From assembly GCA_964492555.1 (NCBI GenBank), contig CAZBKQ010000005.1, forward strand, positions 8,503 through 71,580: a stretch of DNA of 63,078 nt. The letters run 5' to 3'. Positions 8,381 to 16,868 of this stretch are shown piece after piece. Within the stretch, counting starts at the first letter, position 1. Each line of letters starts with the position of its first letter. Position numbers and translations under genes: made by a program. The DNA comes from an uncultured Rhodospirillaceae bacterium. Its GTDB lineage: Bacteria; Pseudomonadota; Alphaproteobacteria; MPNO01; UBA2964. The notes below the pieces were generated by a model. That model saw only the letters and a program-made list of their open reading frames with translations. It was not told the origin of the DNA and made no database searches.

Positions 8381-9232
8381 ATGCAGATCAGAAAATTATC
8401 GGACGCGCTGGGCGCGGATGTATCCGGTATCGATGTCAGTGATATCGATGAGGCGACGGTTGAAGCCATTCATCAGGCGTTTCTGGAACATCTGATCCTG
8501 GTGTTCCGGGATCAGGATCTGACGCCGCAACAGCAGATCGCCTTCAGCGAACATTATGGTGAGGTGGAGGTCCATCTCGCCGCGGATCACCTGCATCCGG
8601 AGACCGACAAGGTCATTCTGATATCCAATAAGAAGGAAAATGGCCGCTATATCGGCGCGGTATCGGCGGGGGATTACTGGCATTCGGATTTGTCCTGCCA
8701 GGAACGCCCGAACCTCGCCTCCTTCCTGCTGGCGAAGGAACTGCCCCGGGAAGGCGGTGATACCGGGTTCTGTAATCAGTACAGGGCGCTGGAAACCTTG
8801 CCCGATGATCTGCGGCGCAAGATCGAGGGCCGCAAGGGCATACATACCTTCAACCGGATGCGCAATCCGCGCGTAAAGGTGCCGGAAATGCACAAGGGCG
8901 ACGCCCAGATGCGCTATGGCGACCGCGCGCCGCCCGATGGTATCCACCCGATCATCCGTACCCATCCGGAAACCGGCCGCAAGGCGCTGTTTGTCTCGCA
9001 TCGCTTCACGGTCGGGATCGAAGTTATGGCGGACGCGGAATCGCGGCTCATTCTGGATGCGATCTTCGAGCATCAGCTCAACGACGATCTGATCTACCGC
9101 CATAAATGGCGGCTCGGCGACATGGTCATGTGGGATAATCGCTGTACCACCCATCACGCCTATGGCGGGATTCCACCGGGACAGATACGCCACATGCACC
9201 GCACCTCGCTGATCGGCGACGTGCCGTATTGA
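8381..9232 (+). CDS. TauD/TfdA-family Fe(II)/2-oxoglutarate dioxygenase (paralog 1)
   Basis: 283 aa counted from the ATG at 8381 (the track ORF begins at TTG 8351). HxD iron motif in GDYWHSDLS, distal His in WDNRCTTHHA, and Arg in IRHMHRT. The layout is collinear with E. coli TauD. Confidence 0.88.
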   Translation: MQIRKLSDALGADVSGIDVSDIDEATVEAIHQAFLEHLILVFRDQDLTPQQQIAFSEHYGEVEVHLAADHLHPETDKVILISNKKENGRYIGAVSAGDYWHSDLSCQERPNLASFLLAKELPREGGDTGFCNQYRALETLPDDLRRKIEGRKGIHTFNRMRNPRVKVPEMHKGDAQMRYGDRAPPDGIHPIIRTHPETGRKALFVSHRFTVGIEVMADAESRLILDAIFEHQLNDDLIYRHKWRLGDMVMWDNRCTTHHAYGGIPPGQIRHMHRTSLIGDVPY

Positions 9233-9239
9233 GGAGGGA

Positions 9240-10091
9240 ATGATGCTTGTAACGCCTTTATCCGATGCGCTCGGCGCGGAAGTCACCGGGGTTGATCTGA
9301 CCGTCCTGGATGACGCCCTGTTTGAGAAAATTCACGCGGCCTTTCTGGAATATCAGCTGCTCTGTTTCCGCGATCAGGATCTGGCGCCGGATATCCATGT
9401 CTCGTTCAGCAAGCGGTTCGGGGCGATTGAATCGCGTCCCGACCGGCCCTTTACCTATCCCGGCATTCCCGAAGTGTCGGTGCTTTCCAACCGCACGGAG
9501 GCCGGGGAACCCGTCGGCGTCATTAATGCCGGTGATTTCTGGCACTCCGATCTTTCCTTCGGTCAAATTCCCTGCCGCACCACATTCCTGCACGCGCTGG
9601 AGGTGGCGGAGGAAGGCGGCGATACGGAATGGGCCAATATGTATACCGCCTATGACACGCTGCCGGAGGCGACACGAGCGCGGATCGACGGTTTGAAAGC
9701 CATTCACGTATTCGACCGCAGGCGTAACCCGCGCGCCCGGGTCGATGCGCAGTTCGAGAAAGAGGCCGACAAGGTCTATGGCATCCCCATTCCCGATGCG
9801 ACCCACCCGGTGGTGCGCACCCATCCCGAAACCGGCCGGAAAGCGCTTTATGTCTCGCCGCGTTTTGTCGTCGGGATCAAAGGGATGGATGATACGGAGG
9901 CGCAGAAGCTGCTGGACGAATTGTTCGCCCATCAGATACGGCCCGAATTCCGCTATCGGCATAAATGGCGCCAGGGCGATCTGCTTATGTGGGACAACCC
10001 CTGTTTAATTCACATCGGGCGGGGCAATATCAAGCCGCTCGGCATCCGCCATATGCACCGCACCATGGTGCTGGGCGAACAACCATATTGA
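9240..10091 (+). CDS. TauD/TfdA-family Fe(II)/2OG dioxygenase (paralog 2, tandem with paralog 1)
   Basis: 283 aa. Motifs GDFWHSDLS, GGDTEWAN, WDNPCLIHIG and IRHMHRT. RBS GGAGGG. Confidence 0.88.
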   Translation: MMLVTPLSDALGAEVTGVDLTVLDDALFEKIHAAFLEYQLLCFRDQDLAPDIHVSFSKRFGAIESRPDRPFTYPGIPEVSVLSNRTEAGEPVGVINAGDFWHSDLSFGQIPCRTTFLHALEVAEEGGDTEWANMYTAYDTLPEATRARIDGLKAIHVFDRRRNPRARVDAQFEKEADKVYGIPIPDATHPVVRTHPETGRKALYVSPRFVVGIKGMDDTEAQKLLDELFAHQIRPEFRYRHKWRQGDLLMWDNPCLIHIGRGNIKPLGIRHMHRTMVLGEQPY

Positions 10092-10098
10092 GAGAAAA

Positions 10099-11214
10099 AT
10101 GGAAGCCGCACTCAGATCGTTCGACCGTAACAAGCTGAAACTGGGATTTTTCGGGATGAACTGTTCCGGCGGGCTGTCGGCCACGCTGGTTCCCGAACGC
10201 TGGGAAGGGACCTGGGATGAAAATCTCAAGGCCGCGCGGCTGGCGGATGAGGCCGGGCTGGATTTTCTGTTACCGCTGGGGCGCTGGCGCGGCTATGGCG
10301 GGGAGACCGATCATAATGGCGGGGTGATGGAAACGCTGAGCTGGGCCGCCGGTATGCTGGCCTCGACCAGCCACATCATGGCGTTCAGCACGGTTCATGT
10401 GCCGCTGTTCAATCCTGTCGTGGCGGCGAAGCAGATGGTGACCGCCGACCAGATCGGCAAGGGACGGTTCGGGCTCAATATCGTCTGCGGCTGGAACCAG
10501 AAGGAATTCGACATGGCGGGCGTTGCGCTCAATGAGCATGAGCGCCGCTACGATCAAGGGCAGGAATGGGTCGATATCATGACCCGCGCCTGGACGGAGG
10601 ATGAACCGTTCGATTACGAGGGCGATTTTTATCAGGTCCGGGGTGTGCTCGCGAAACCGAAAATGTTTAAAGGCGGCAAGCCGCTGATGGTATGCGCCGC
10701 CAATTCGGGCACCGGGCGGGAATTCGCCGCGCGGAACTGCGACATGATGTTCACCGGCATCAAGACAGAGATCGATGAGATTTCAGCGGACATCGGCGGG
10801 TTGAAGGAAACGGCCAGATCCTACGGGCGGGAAATCGGCGTATTCACCAACTGCTATGTCGTCTGCCGCCCGACCCGGAAAGAGGCGGAGGAATATCACG
10901 AATATTACGCGGTGGAGATGGCGGACAAGGAAGCCGCCGCGACGCTGGTCGAAGGGCGCAACGTGCGCGGGCGCTATGACAGCCTGCCGGAATATATGCT
11001 GAAAAATCTGCATCAGCGCGCGGCCGGCGGGAACGGCGCTTTCCCGATTGTCGGCGACCCGGACGATGTCGCGGACTTGCTGATCCGGCTGCATGAGCAG
11101 GGGATCGACGCCTTTGCCATGGGCTTCGCCAACTATGTGGAACATTTCCCCTGCTTCCGGGATGAGGTTTTGCCCCGGCTGGTGAAGGCTGGCGTGCGGG
11201 CGGAGCCGCTCTGA
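10099..11214 (+). CDS. LLM-class (luciferase-like) flavin-dependent monooxygenase, SfnG/RutA-like size class
   Basis: 371 aa. N-terminus LKLGFFGMNCSGGL...LADEAGLDFLLPLGRWRGY and LNIVCGWNQKEF are typical of FMNH2-dependent LLM enzymes. Confidence 0.82.
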   Translation: MEAALRSFDRNKLKLGFFGMNCSGGLSATLVPERWEGTWDENLKAARLADEAGLDFLLPLGRWRGYGGETDHNGGVMETLSWAAGMLASTSHIMAFSTVHVPLFNPVVAAKQMVTADQIGKGRFGLNIVCGWNQKEFDMAGVALNEHERRYDQGQEWVDIMTRAWTEDEPFDYEGDFYQVRGVLAKPKMFKGGKPLMVCAANSGTGREFAARNCDMMFTGIKTEIDEISADIGGLKETARSYGREIGVFTNCYVVCRPTRKEAEEYHEYYAVEMADKEAAATLVEGRNVRGRYDSLPEYMLKNLHQRAAGGNGAFPIVGDPDDVADLLIRLHEQGIDAFAMGFANYVEHFPCFRDEVLPRLVKAGVRAEPL

Positions 11215-11216
11215 AT

Positions 11217-12311
11217 TTACTCCCGCAAACCCAGCCGCTGAAGCCTCGGCAGGATTTCTCCGGCCAGCCATTCCATGTCGTTCACGTAATTGACCAGACC
11301 GACGGCAATGCCGTTGAGCCCCGCTTCGGAAAGTTGTCTGAACCGTTCCGCGGCGTCGTCATAGGAACCGACGATGGGGTAGGTGCCGGTACCGCTGATT
11401 ATCGCTTCTTTCATTTTCGCGAGTTGCGGGCCGGAGGTTGACCCGCCCTTTGTCCGGATTTGCACCGTATGTTCGGCGGCTTCCCAGTCGCCATTCTCAT
11501 AGACCAGATAGTGATAATATTCCTCGGCTTCTTTTGTCGTCGGACGGCAGATCAGATGGCCGCTGGCATAAATGCCCGCGCCGTTCTCCCCCCGTTCGGC
11601 GCGCAGATCGGCGACCTTCTGCGGCAAATCCTGCAATTCCCGGATAGAGGTAAACAGCCCGTCCGCGTGACGCGCGGCGAAACCGCGCCCGGCGGGCGAA
11701 TTCCCGGCGCTGATGATCATCGGTGCGCCGCCGTTCCAGGGCTTTGGTTTGCACAGCACGCCCTTGAGGTCGAAATAATCGCCTTTGAATTCGAACGGCT
11801 CGTCTTCGGACCACAAGCGTTTGACCAGGCTCAGCCATTCCTCGGCATAGGCATAGCGTTCGTCGTGATCGCGGATCCGCACGCCGAACATTTCGTGCTC
11901 GCCGATATTCCATCCGGCGACGATGTTGAGCCCGAACCGCCCTGCGCCGATCAGGTCGGCGGTCACCATCTGGTTTGCGGCAAAGACCGGGTTGATGAGA
12001 GAGACATGAACCGTGCCGAAGATATTGATGCGGCTGGTCGAGGCCAGCATGCCGCAGGCCCAGCTCAGCGTCTCGAAGCTCGCTCCGGCGGTGTCGGTTT
12101 CGCCCTTGTAACCGTGCCAGCGCCCGATGGGCAGGAGAAACTCGACCCCGGCCTCATCGGCCAGTTTTGCGGCTTTCCGGTTATTCTCCCAGCTCGCGTC
12201 CCAGCGCTCGGGCACCTTGCTCATTGTGAGCCCGCCGGAGCAATTCATACCGAACAGCCCGATACGGAACTTGTTCGGGCCAAAAATGGGTGTGTCGCGA
12301 CGGTCGGTCAT
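11217..12311 (-). CDS. LLM-class flavin-dependent monooxygenase (paralog, tail-to-tail with 10099-11214)
   Basis: 364 aa. Motifs FRIGLFGMNCSGGL...LADEAGVEFLLPIGRWHGY and LNIVAGWNIGEH. Its stop lies 2 nt from the stop of the convergent paralog. Confidence 0.82.
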   Translation of the reverse strand: MTDRRDTPIFGPNKFRIGLFGMNCSGGLTMSKVPERWDASWENNRKAAKLADEAGVEFLLPIGRWHGYKGETDTAGASFETLSWACGMLASTSRINIFGTVHVSLINPVFAANQMVTADLIGAGRFGLNIVAGWNIGEHEMFGVRIRDHDERYAYAEEWLSLVKRLWSEDEPFEFKGDYFDLKGVLCKPKPWNGGAPMIISAGNSPAGRGFAARHADGLFTSIRELQDLPQKVADLRAERGENGAGIYASGHLICRPTTKEAEEYYHYLVYENGDWEAAEHTVQIRTKGGSTSGPQLAKMKEAIISGTGTYPIVGSYDDAAERFRQLSEAGLNGIAVGLVNYVNDMEWLAGEILPRLQRLGLRE

Positions 12312-12320
12312 GAGGTTATT

Positions 12321-12968
12321 TTAGTCACTGTTGGTTTCCCCGGAAACCCGTCCCGTCACGACATAAAGCGGGTCGGTCTCGAACGGGTTGGGGGAGATAT
12401 CGGTGACCTCCGGTGTTTCGAACCCGCCGGCATTGTTGAAATACCAGCCGACGACCCTTGAATGGTCGACCGGGCCGGAGGCCGCGCGCCAGACGGCGAC
12501 GGCCTTGGTCGGGAACATCCGGTTGGAAAAGGACACCGCGACCAGCCCGCCGGGCTTTACCACCCGGGCGATTTCGCCGAAGACCTCCAGCGGGTGGACC
12601 AGATATTGAACCGACACGGCGATGGTGCAGGCGTCGAACTCATTATCCCCAAAGGGCAGGGTAGGATTTGTTGTGAGGTCGTGGACCAGCCATTCGGAAA
12701 GCTGTTTGTTTTCGGCGAGTTCCACCGCGTTCATGCCGAGGCCGCAGACCCGGTTATAGGTGACATCCATCGGCAGATGGCTGACCCAGGCGGACATCAG
12801 ATCGAGAATTTCGCCGCCTTCGGGCAGGTTATCGCGGTACCAGTCCGCTAACGCCGCGCAGGCGGCGTCATCGATATGGGTGACCAGACGCGGCATTTCG
12901 TAGAACACGGCGTCGTCGTCTTCATCGACGCGGGCGACATGGGCGGGGGTGAGTTGATCATCGGTCAT
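12321..12968 (-). CDS. Class I SAM-dependent methyltransferase
   Basis: 215 aa. Motifs ILDLMSAWVSHL, FDACTIAVSVQYL and VVKPGGLVAVSF (methyltransferase type 11-like). It lies 9 nt upstream of the LLM gene on the same strand. Confidence 0.75.
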   Translation of the reverse strand: MTDDQLTPAHVARVDEDDDAVFYEMPRLVTHIDDAACAALADWYRDNLPEGGEILDLMSAWVSHLPMDVTYNRVCGLGMNAVELAENKQLSEWLVHDLTTNPTLPFGDNEFDACTIAVSVQYLVHPLEVFGEIARVVKPGGLVAVSFSNRMFPTKAVAVWRAASGPVDHSRVVGWYFNNAGGFETPEVTDISPNPFETDPLYVVTGRVSGETNSD

Positions 12969-13085
12969 ACGAGAAGCCTAGGGCAATTACGCGCTCCCGT
13001 CGCGTTTGACGGCTATTTCGGCGGGGCATAGACTTTTCCCAACGACCGGAAAACCGGTGAATTTCAAAACATCGGAGGGCGCATT

Positions 13086-13937
13086 ATGCAGATCACACCG
13101 CTTTGCGACGCGCTTGGCGCGGAAATTACCGGTGTCGATGTGTCATCGATCAGCGATGACGATCTTGCCGAAATAAAACAGGCATTTCTGGATTACTATG
13201 TTGTTGTCCTGCGCGATCAGAAACTGACGCCGGAGGAACATATCGAATTCAGCCGCAAGATGGGGCCGTTGGAGTTTCATATCTCCAAGAAATTTCTGCT
13301 GGAGGACAAGCCGGAAATTCTGGTGCTGTCGAACCGTAAGAAAAACGGCGAATATATCGGGGTCGAAAATGCCGGGGATTACTGGCATTCGGATTTGTCC
13401 TACATGGAGAAGCCGAGCCTGGGGTCACTGTTGTACGCGCTGGAAATCCCTCCGGAAGGCGGCGATACGGAATGGTCGAACCAGTACAAGGCCTATGAGA
13501 CCCTGCCCGAGGAAACGCGCAGGAAGATCGAGGGCAAACGCGCTATTCATTCCTTCAACCGGGCGCGCAACAAGCGCGTCCATATTCCGGAGCATTCGAA
13601 GGAGGGCGCGGCGGAACGCTACGCCAAGATCAGCCCGCCCGACGCCTATCACCCGATCGTGCGCACCCACCCGGAAACCGGGCGCAAGGCGCTGTTTGTT
13701 TCACCGCGTTTTACCATCGGGATAGAGGGGATGGACGATGCGGAGGCGCAGCCGCTTCTGGATGAGTTGTTTGCGCATTCCATCAAACCGGAATTCATCT
13801 ATCACCATAATTGGCGGTTGGGCGATTTGTTGATGTGGGATAATCGCTGCCTGCTGCATCTGGCCTGCAGGGGTATTCCGGAAGGGCAGATCCGCCATAT
13901 GCACCGCACCACGCTTTCGGGCGACGTGCCGGTATAG
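13086..13937 (+). CDS. TauD/TfdA-family Fe(II)/2OG dioxygenase (paralog 3)
   Basis: 283 aa. Motifs GDYWHSDLS, GGDTEWSN, WDNRCLLHLA and IRHMHRT. RBS GGAGGG. Confidence 0.88.
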   Translation: MQITPLCDALGAEITGVDVSSISDDDLAEIKQAFLDYYVVVLRDQKLTPEEHIEFSRKMGPLEFHISKKFLLEDKPEILVLSNRKKNGEYIGVENAGDYWHSDLSYMEKPSLGSLLYALEIPPEGGDTEWSNQYKAYETLPEETRRKIEGKRAIHSFNRARNKRVHIPEHSKEGAAERYAKISPPDAYHPIVRTHPETGRKALFVSPRFTIGIEGMDDAEAQPLLDELFAHSIKPEFIYHHNWRLGDLLMWDNRCLLHLACRGIPEGQIRHMHRTTLSGDVPV

Positions 13938-13950
13938 AGGAGTAACCGAG

Positions 13951-14802
13951 ATGGAAATTAATCCGTTGCCTGTCGGGTTCGGCGCGGAGATCACCGGGGT
14001 CGATCTCGCCAAAATCGACGATGCGCAATATGCCGATTTGCGTAACGCGCTGCTGACCCATCAGTTGCTGATCGTGCGTGATCAGGATCTGGCGCCCGCA
14101 GACCAGATGGCGTTTTCCAAACGGTGGGGGCAGCTTGATATTCATGTGCAGATCAACGATCAGCATCCGGACTTCGAGGAAATCCTGGTGCTGACCACGA
14201 AAATGGAGGACGGCAAATATATCGGCGCGCCGCATGCCGGGGATTACTGGCATTCCGATCTCTCCTATGTGGAGGAGCCGACCTTCTGCACCATCCTGCA
14301 CGCCGTTCAGGTGGCCGATGAAGGCGGCGATACCGCCTTCGCCGATATGTACCGGGCCTATGAAACCCTGCCGGAAGAAACCAGGGAGCGGATTGCCGAT
14401 CTCAAGGCGCGCCATTCCTATGACCGGCTTCTGAACCCCCGTGTGGCGATCCCCGATACACACGCGGCGGTGGCCAAGGAACGCTATAGCGACCGAAGCC
14501 CGCCGCCGGCCGTCCATCCGGTGGTGCGCACCCATCCGGAAACCGGCCGCAAGGCGCTATATGTGACGGAGCGTTTCACCCTCACTATCGAAGGCATGGC
14601 GGAAGATGAGTCCGAGGAATTGCTGCAGGAACTCTTCGCCAACGCCGCCCGGCCCGAAAACACCTATCGCCATAAGTGGGAAAAGGGCGATCTGGTGATG
14701 TGGGATAATCGTTGCATGATGCATCTGGCGTGTGGCGGTGTGCCGAAAGGCCAGATCCGCCATATGCACCGGACCATCGTCCGGGGCGACCACCCTTATT
14801 GA
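13951..14802 (+). CDS. TauD/TfdA-family Fe(II)/2OG dioxygenase (paralog 4, tandem with paralog 3)
   Basis: 283 aa. Motifs GDYWHSDLS, GGDTAFAD, WDNRCMMHLA and IRHMHRT. RBS GAGGAG. Confidence 0.88.
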   Translation: MEINPLPVGFGAEITGVDLAKIDDAQYADLRNALLTHQLLIVRDQDLAPADQMAFSKRWGQLDIHVQINDQHPDFEEILVLTTKMEDGKYIGAPHAGDYWHSDLSYVEEPTFCTILHAVQVADEGGDTAFADMYRAYETLPEETRERIADLKARHSYDRLLNPRVAIPDTHAAVAKERYSDRSPPPAVHPVVRTHPETGRKALYVTERFTLTIEGMAEDESEELLQELFANAARPENTYRHKWEKGDLVMWDNRCMMHLACGGVPKGQIRHMHRTIVRGDHPY

Positions 14803-14830
14803 GCAAAACCGAAAGCCATAGGAAACAAAA

Positions 14831-15259
14831 ATGGACGACGAAGCCCCGAAACAGCCGAGCAAGCCCCGTATCCGCCACACCATGCTGCGGGTCGCCAACC
14901 TCGATGAATCCGTGAAGTTCTACGAGGAGGTTCTGGATATGAAGGTCTTCCGGCGAAGCGACAATGAAAGCCAGAAATATTCGGTGGTTTTTGTCGGGTA
15001 TGAGGATGAGGAAACAAACCCGGCGATTGAGCTGACCTATAACTGGGGTGTCGACGAGCCTTATGACAAGGGCACCGGCTATGGGCATGTCGCTATCGGC
15101 GTGCCAGATATTTACGAGGTCTGCCGCCGGGTCGAGGCGCGCGGGATGGAAGTGCCGCGCCGACCGGGGCCGCTGAAGGGGCGGGGGCCGAACGGTCCGG
15201 TGATCGCCTTTATCCGCGACCCCGACGGCTATTCGATAGAGCTCGGCGAACGGCCGTAA
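14831..15259 (+). CDS. gloA: Lactoylglutathione lyase (glyoxalase I)
   Basis: 142 aa. Nearly collinear with E. coli GloA: HTMLRV.NL..S..FY, ELTYNWGV, GYGHVAIGV, FIRDPDGYSIEL. Confidence 0.88.
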   Translation: MDDEAPKQPSKPRIRHTMLRVANLDESVKFYEEVLDMKVFRRSDNESQKYSVVFVGYEDEETNPAIELTYNWGVDEPYDKGTGYGHVAIGVPDIYEVCRRVEARGMEVPRRPGPLKGRGPNGPVIAFIRDPDGYSIELGERP

Positions 15260-15277
15260 GTCAAAAAAAACCTCGCA

Positions 15278-15347
15278 CCGGCTCTCTCCCGCGCCCGGCA
15301 TCCACAAGGATAGCTTTGTGAGTGGGGCGGTTAGGGGAGAGGGCCGG
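15278..15347. repeat. Long imperfect inverted repeat / structured intergenic element
   Basis: ccggctctctccc (15278-15290) pairs with ggggagagggccgg (15334-15347) at 12 of 13 positions. The 43-nt loop carries an inner cacaa/ttgtg hairpin. The element lies between gloA and UbiD-3. Confidence 0.4.
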
Positions 15348-15373
15348 AACCGACTTTTACAGGATTAAAAACA

Positions 15374-16867
15374 ATGGCGACGCGCGAATCCATTCAACTG
15401 CAATCGGGCCATAACGTCCGGCATAATTTCGCGTATGAGGATTTGCGGGGCTGGATAGACGAGGCCGACCGGTTGGGAGAGCTGGAACGTATTTCCGGCG
15501 CGAGTTGGGAAAAGGATATCGGGCTGGCGGCGACTGTCGTCAAATACAAGGAAGACGCGCCGGCGCTGCTGTTTGACGACATTCCCGGCGTCGAAAAGGG
15601 CTTTCGCGTGCTGGTCAATATTTTCGGCGGCAAGCGGAAGAACATGACGCTGGGCTTTCCGACCGATCTCAACAAGGTAGAGCTTTCCGACGCCTGGACC
15701 AGCGTGTTTGCCCATGACGCGGGCGCGCTGATCCCGCCGGTCTTTGTCGAGGACGGGCCGGTATTCGAAAACGTCATGATGGGCGATGACGTCGATGTTC
15801 TCTCCTTTCCGTCGCCGCTCTGGCACGAGGAAGATGGCGGGCGCTATATCGGCACCGGCACCTATAACGTGACGCAGGACCCCGATACCGGCTGGTATAA
15901 TCTCGGCGCCTACCGGGTGATGGTGGTCGATGAAAAGACCGTCTGTTTCAACACCGCGCCCGGCAAGCATGGCCGCATCCATATGGAAACGCTGGCGAAG
16001 CGTGGTGAAAAAATGCCTGTGGTCATGGTGGTCGGGGGCGAGCCGGTGACCTTCATCATGGGCGGCTATGAAATACCCGACGGGATTTCCGAGTTTGATG
16101 TGGCCGGGGGGTTACGTGGCAAGCCGCTGGAACTGGTGCGCGGCAAGGTGACCGGATTGCCTTTTCCGGCGAATGCTGAAATTGTCATCGAAGGCTGGGT
16201 CGATCCGGAAGACCTGATCCCCGAAGGGCCGTTCGGGGATTGGTGCGGCTCCTACACTGAATCCGGCCGCGTGCGCCCCAAATGCACGGTCGAGGCGATC
16301 TATTACCGGAATGATCCGATTATCCTCGGCTTCCCGCCGCAAAGCCTGCCGGATGAATATTCGCGTTTCCGGGCGATTACCCGTTCGGCCCTGATGAAGC
16401 AGAACATCAAGGCCGCCGGCATTCCCGATGTGCATGAGGTCTGGTGTCATGAGGTCGGCGGCGGACGCATGCTGACCGGCGTCTCGATCAGGGCCCGCTA
16501 CCCTGGTCACGCCGTTCAGGCCGGCCATATCGCGAGCCAGTGCTTCGCCGGGGCCTATGCCGGGAAATGGGTCATCGTGACGGATGAGGATATCGATGTT
16601 TCCGATCTGGAAGAGCTGATCTGGGCGGCGTTGATGCGCTGCGATCCGGCGACTGAGATCGATTTCATCAGGAACGCCTGGACCTCGAACGCCGACCCGC
16701 GCCTGCACCCTGATGAAAAGGCGCGCGGCAATGTCACCAATTCGCGTATGATCATTGATGCGACCAAGCCGTTTCACTGGCGCGACCGCTTCCCGGTATC
16801 GACCAAACCGCGGGAGGATTTGCTGGCTGAGGCGCGTGAGAAATTCGGATATTTGCTGGAGAAATAA
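15374..16867 (+). CDS. UbiD-family decarboxylase, standard-length subtype (paralog 3; VdcC/BsdC-like size)
   Basis: 497 aa. Motifs EGPFGDWCGSY and GGEPVTFIMGG. It lacks the C-terminal extension found in the other three paralogs. Confidence 0.85.
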   Translation: MATRESIQLQSGHNVRHNFAYEDLRGWIDEADRLGELERISGASWEKDIGLAATVVKYKEDAPALLFDDIPGVEKGFRVLVNIFGGKRKNMTLGFPTDLNKVELSDAWTSVFAHDAGALIPPVFVEDGPVFENVMMGDDVDVLSFPSPLWHEEDGGRYIGTGTYNVTQDPDTGWYNLGAYRVMVVDEKTVCFNTAPGKHGRIHMETLAKRGEKMPVVMVVGGEPVTFIMGGYEIPDGISEFDVAGGLRGKPLELVRGKVTGLPFPANAEIVIEGWVDPEDLIPEGPFGDWCGSYTESGRVRPKCTVEAIYYRNDPIILGFPPQSLPDEYSRFRAITRSALMKQNIKAAGIPDVHEVWCHEVGGGRMLTGVSIRARYPGHAVQAGHIASQCFAGAYAGKWVIVTDEDIDVSDLEELIWAALMRCDPATEIDFIRNAWTSNADPRLHPDEKARGNVTNSRMIIDATKPFHWRDRFPVSTKPREDLLAEAREKFGYLLEK

Positions 16868-16868
16868 T

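Noticed and set aside
8640-14434. Recurrent similar peptides in alternative frames: ...GITGIRICP... at 8640-8876, MPGITGIRICP... at 13369-13725 and MPGITGIPISP... at 14234-14434. At first sight these look like a repeated small gene.
   Set aside because: They are out-of-frame readings of the conserved GDYWHSDLS-encoding DNA of the TauD paralogs. The repetition reflects paralogy of the real genes, not a separate element.
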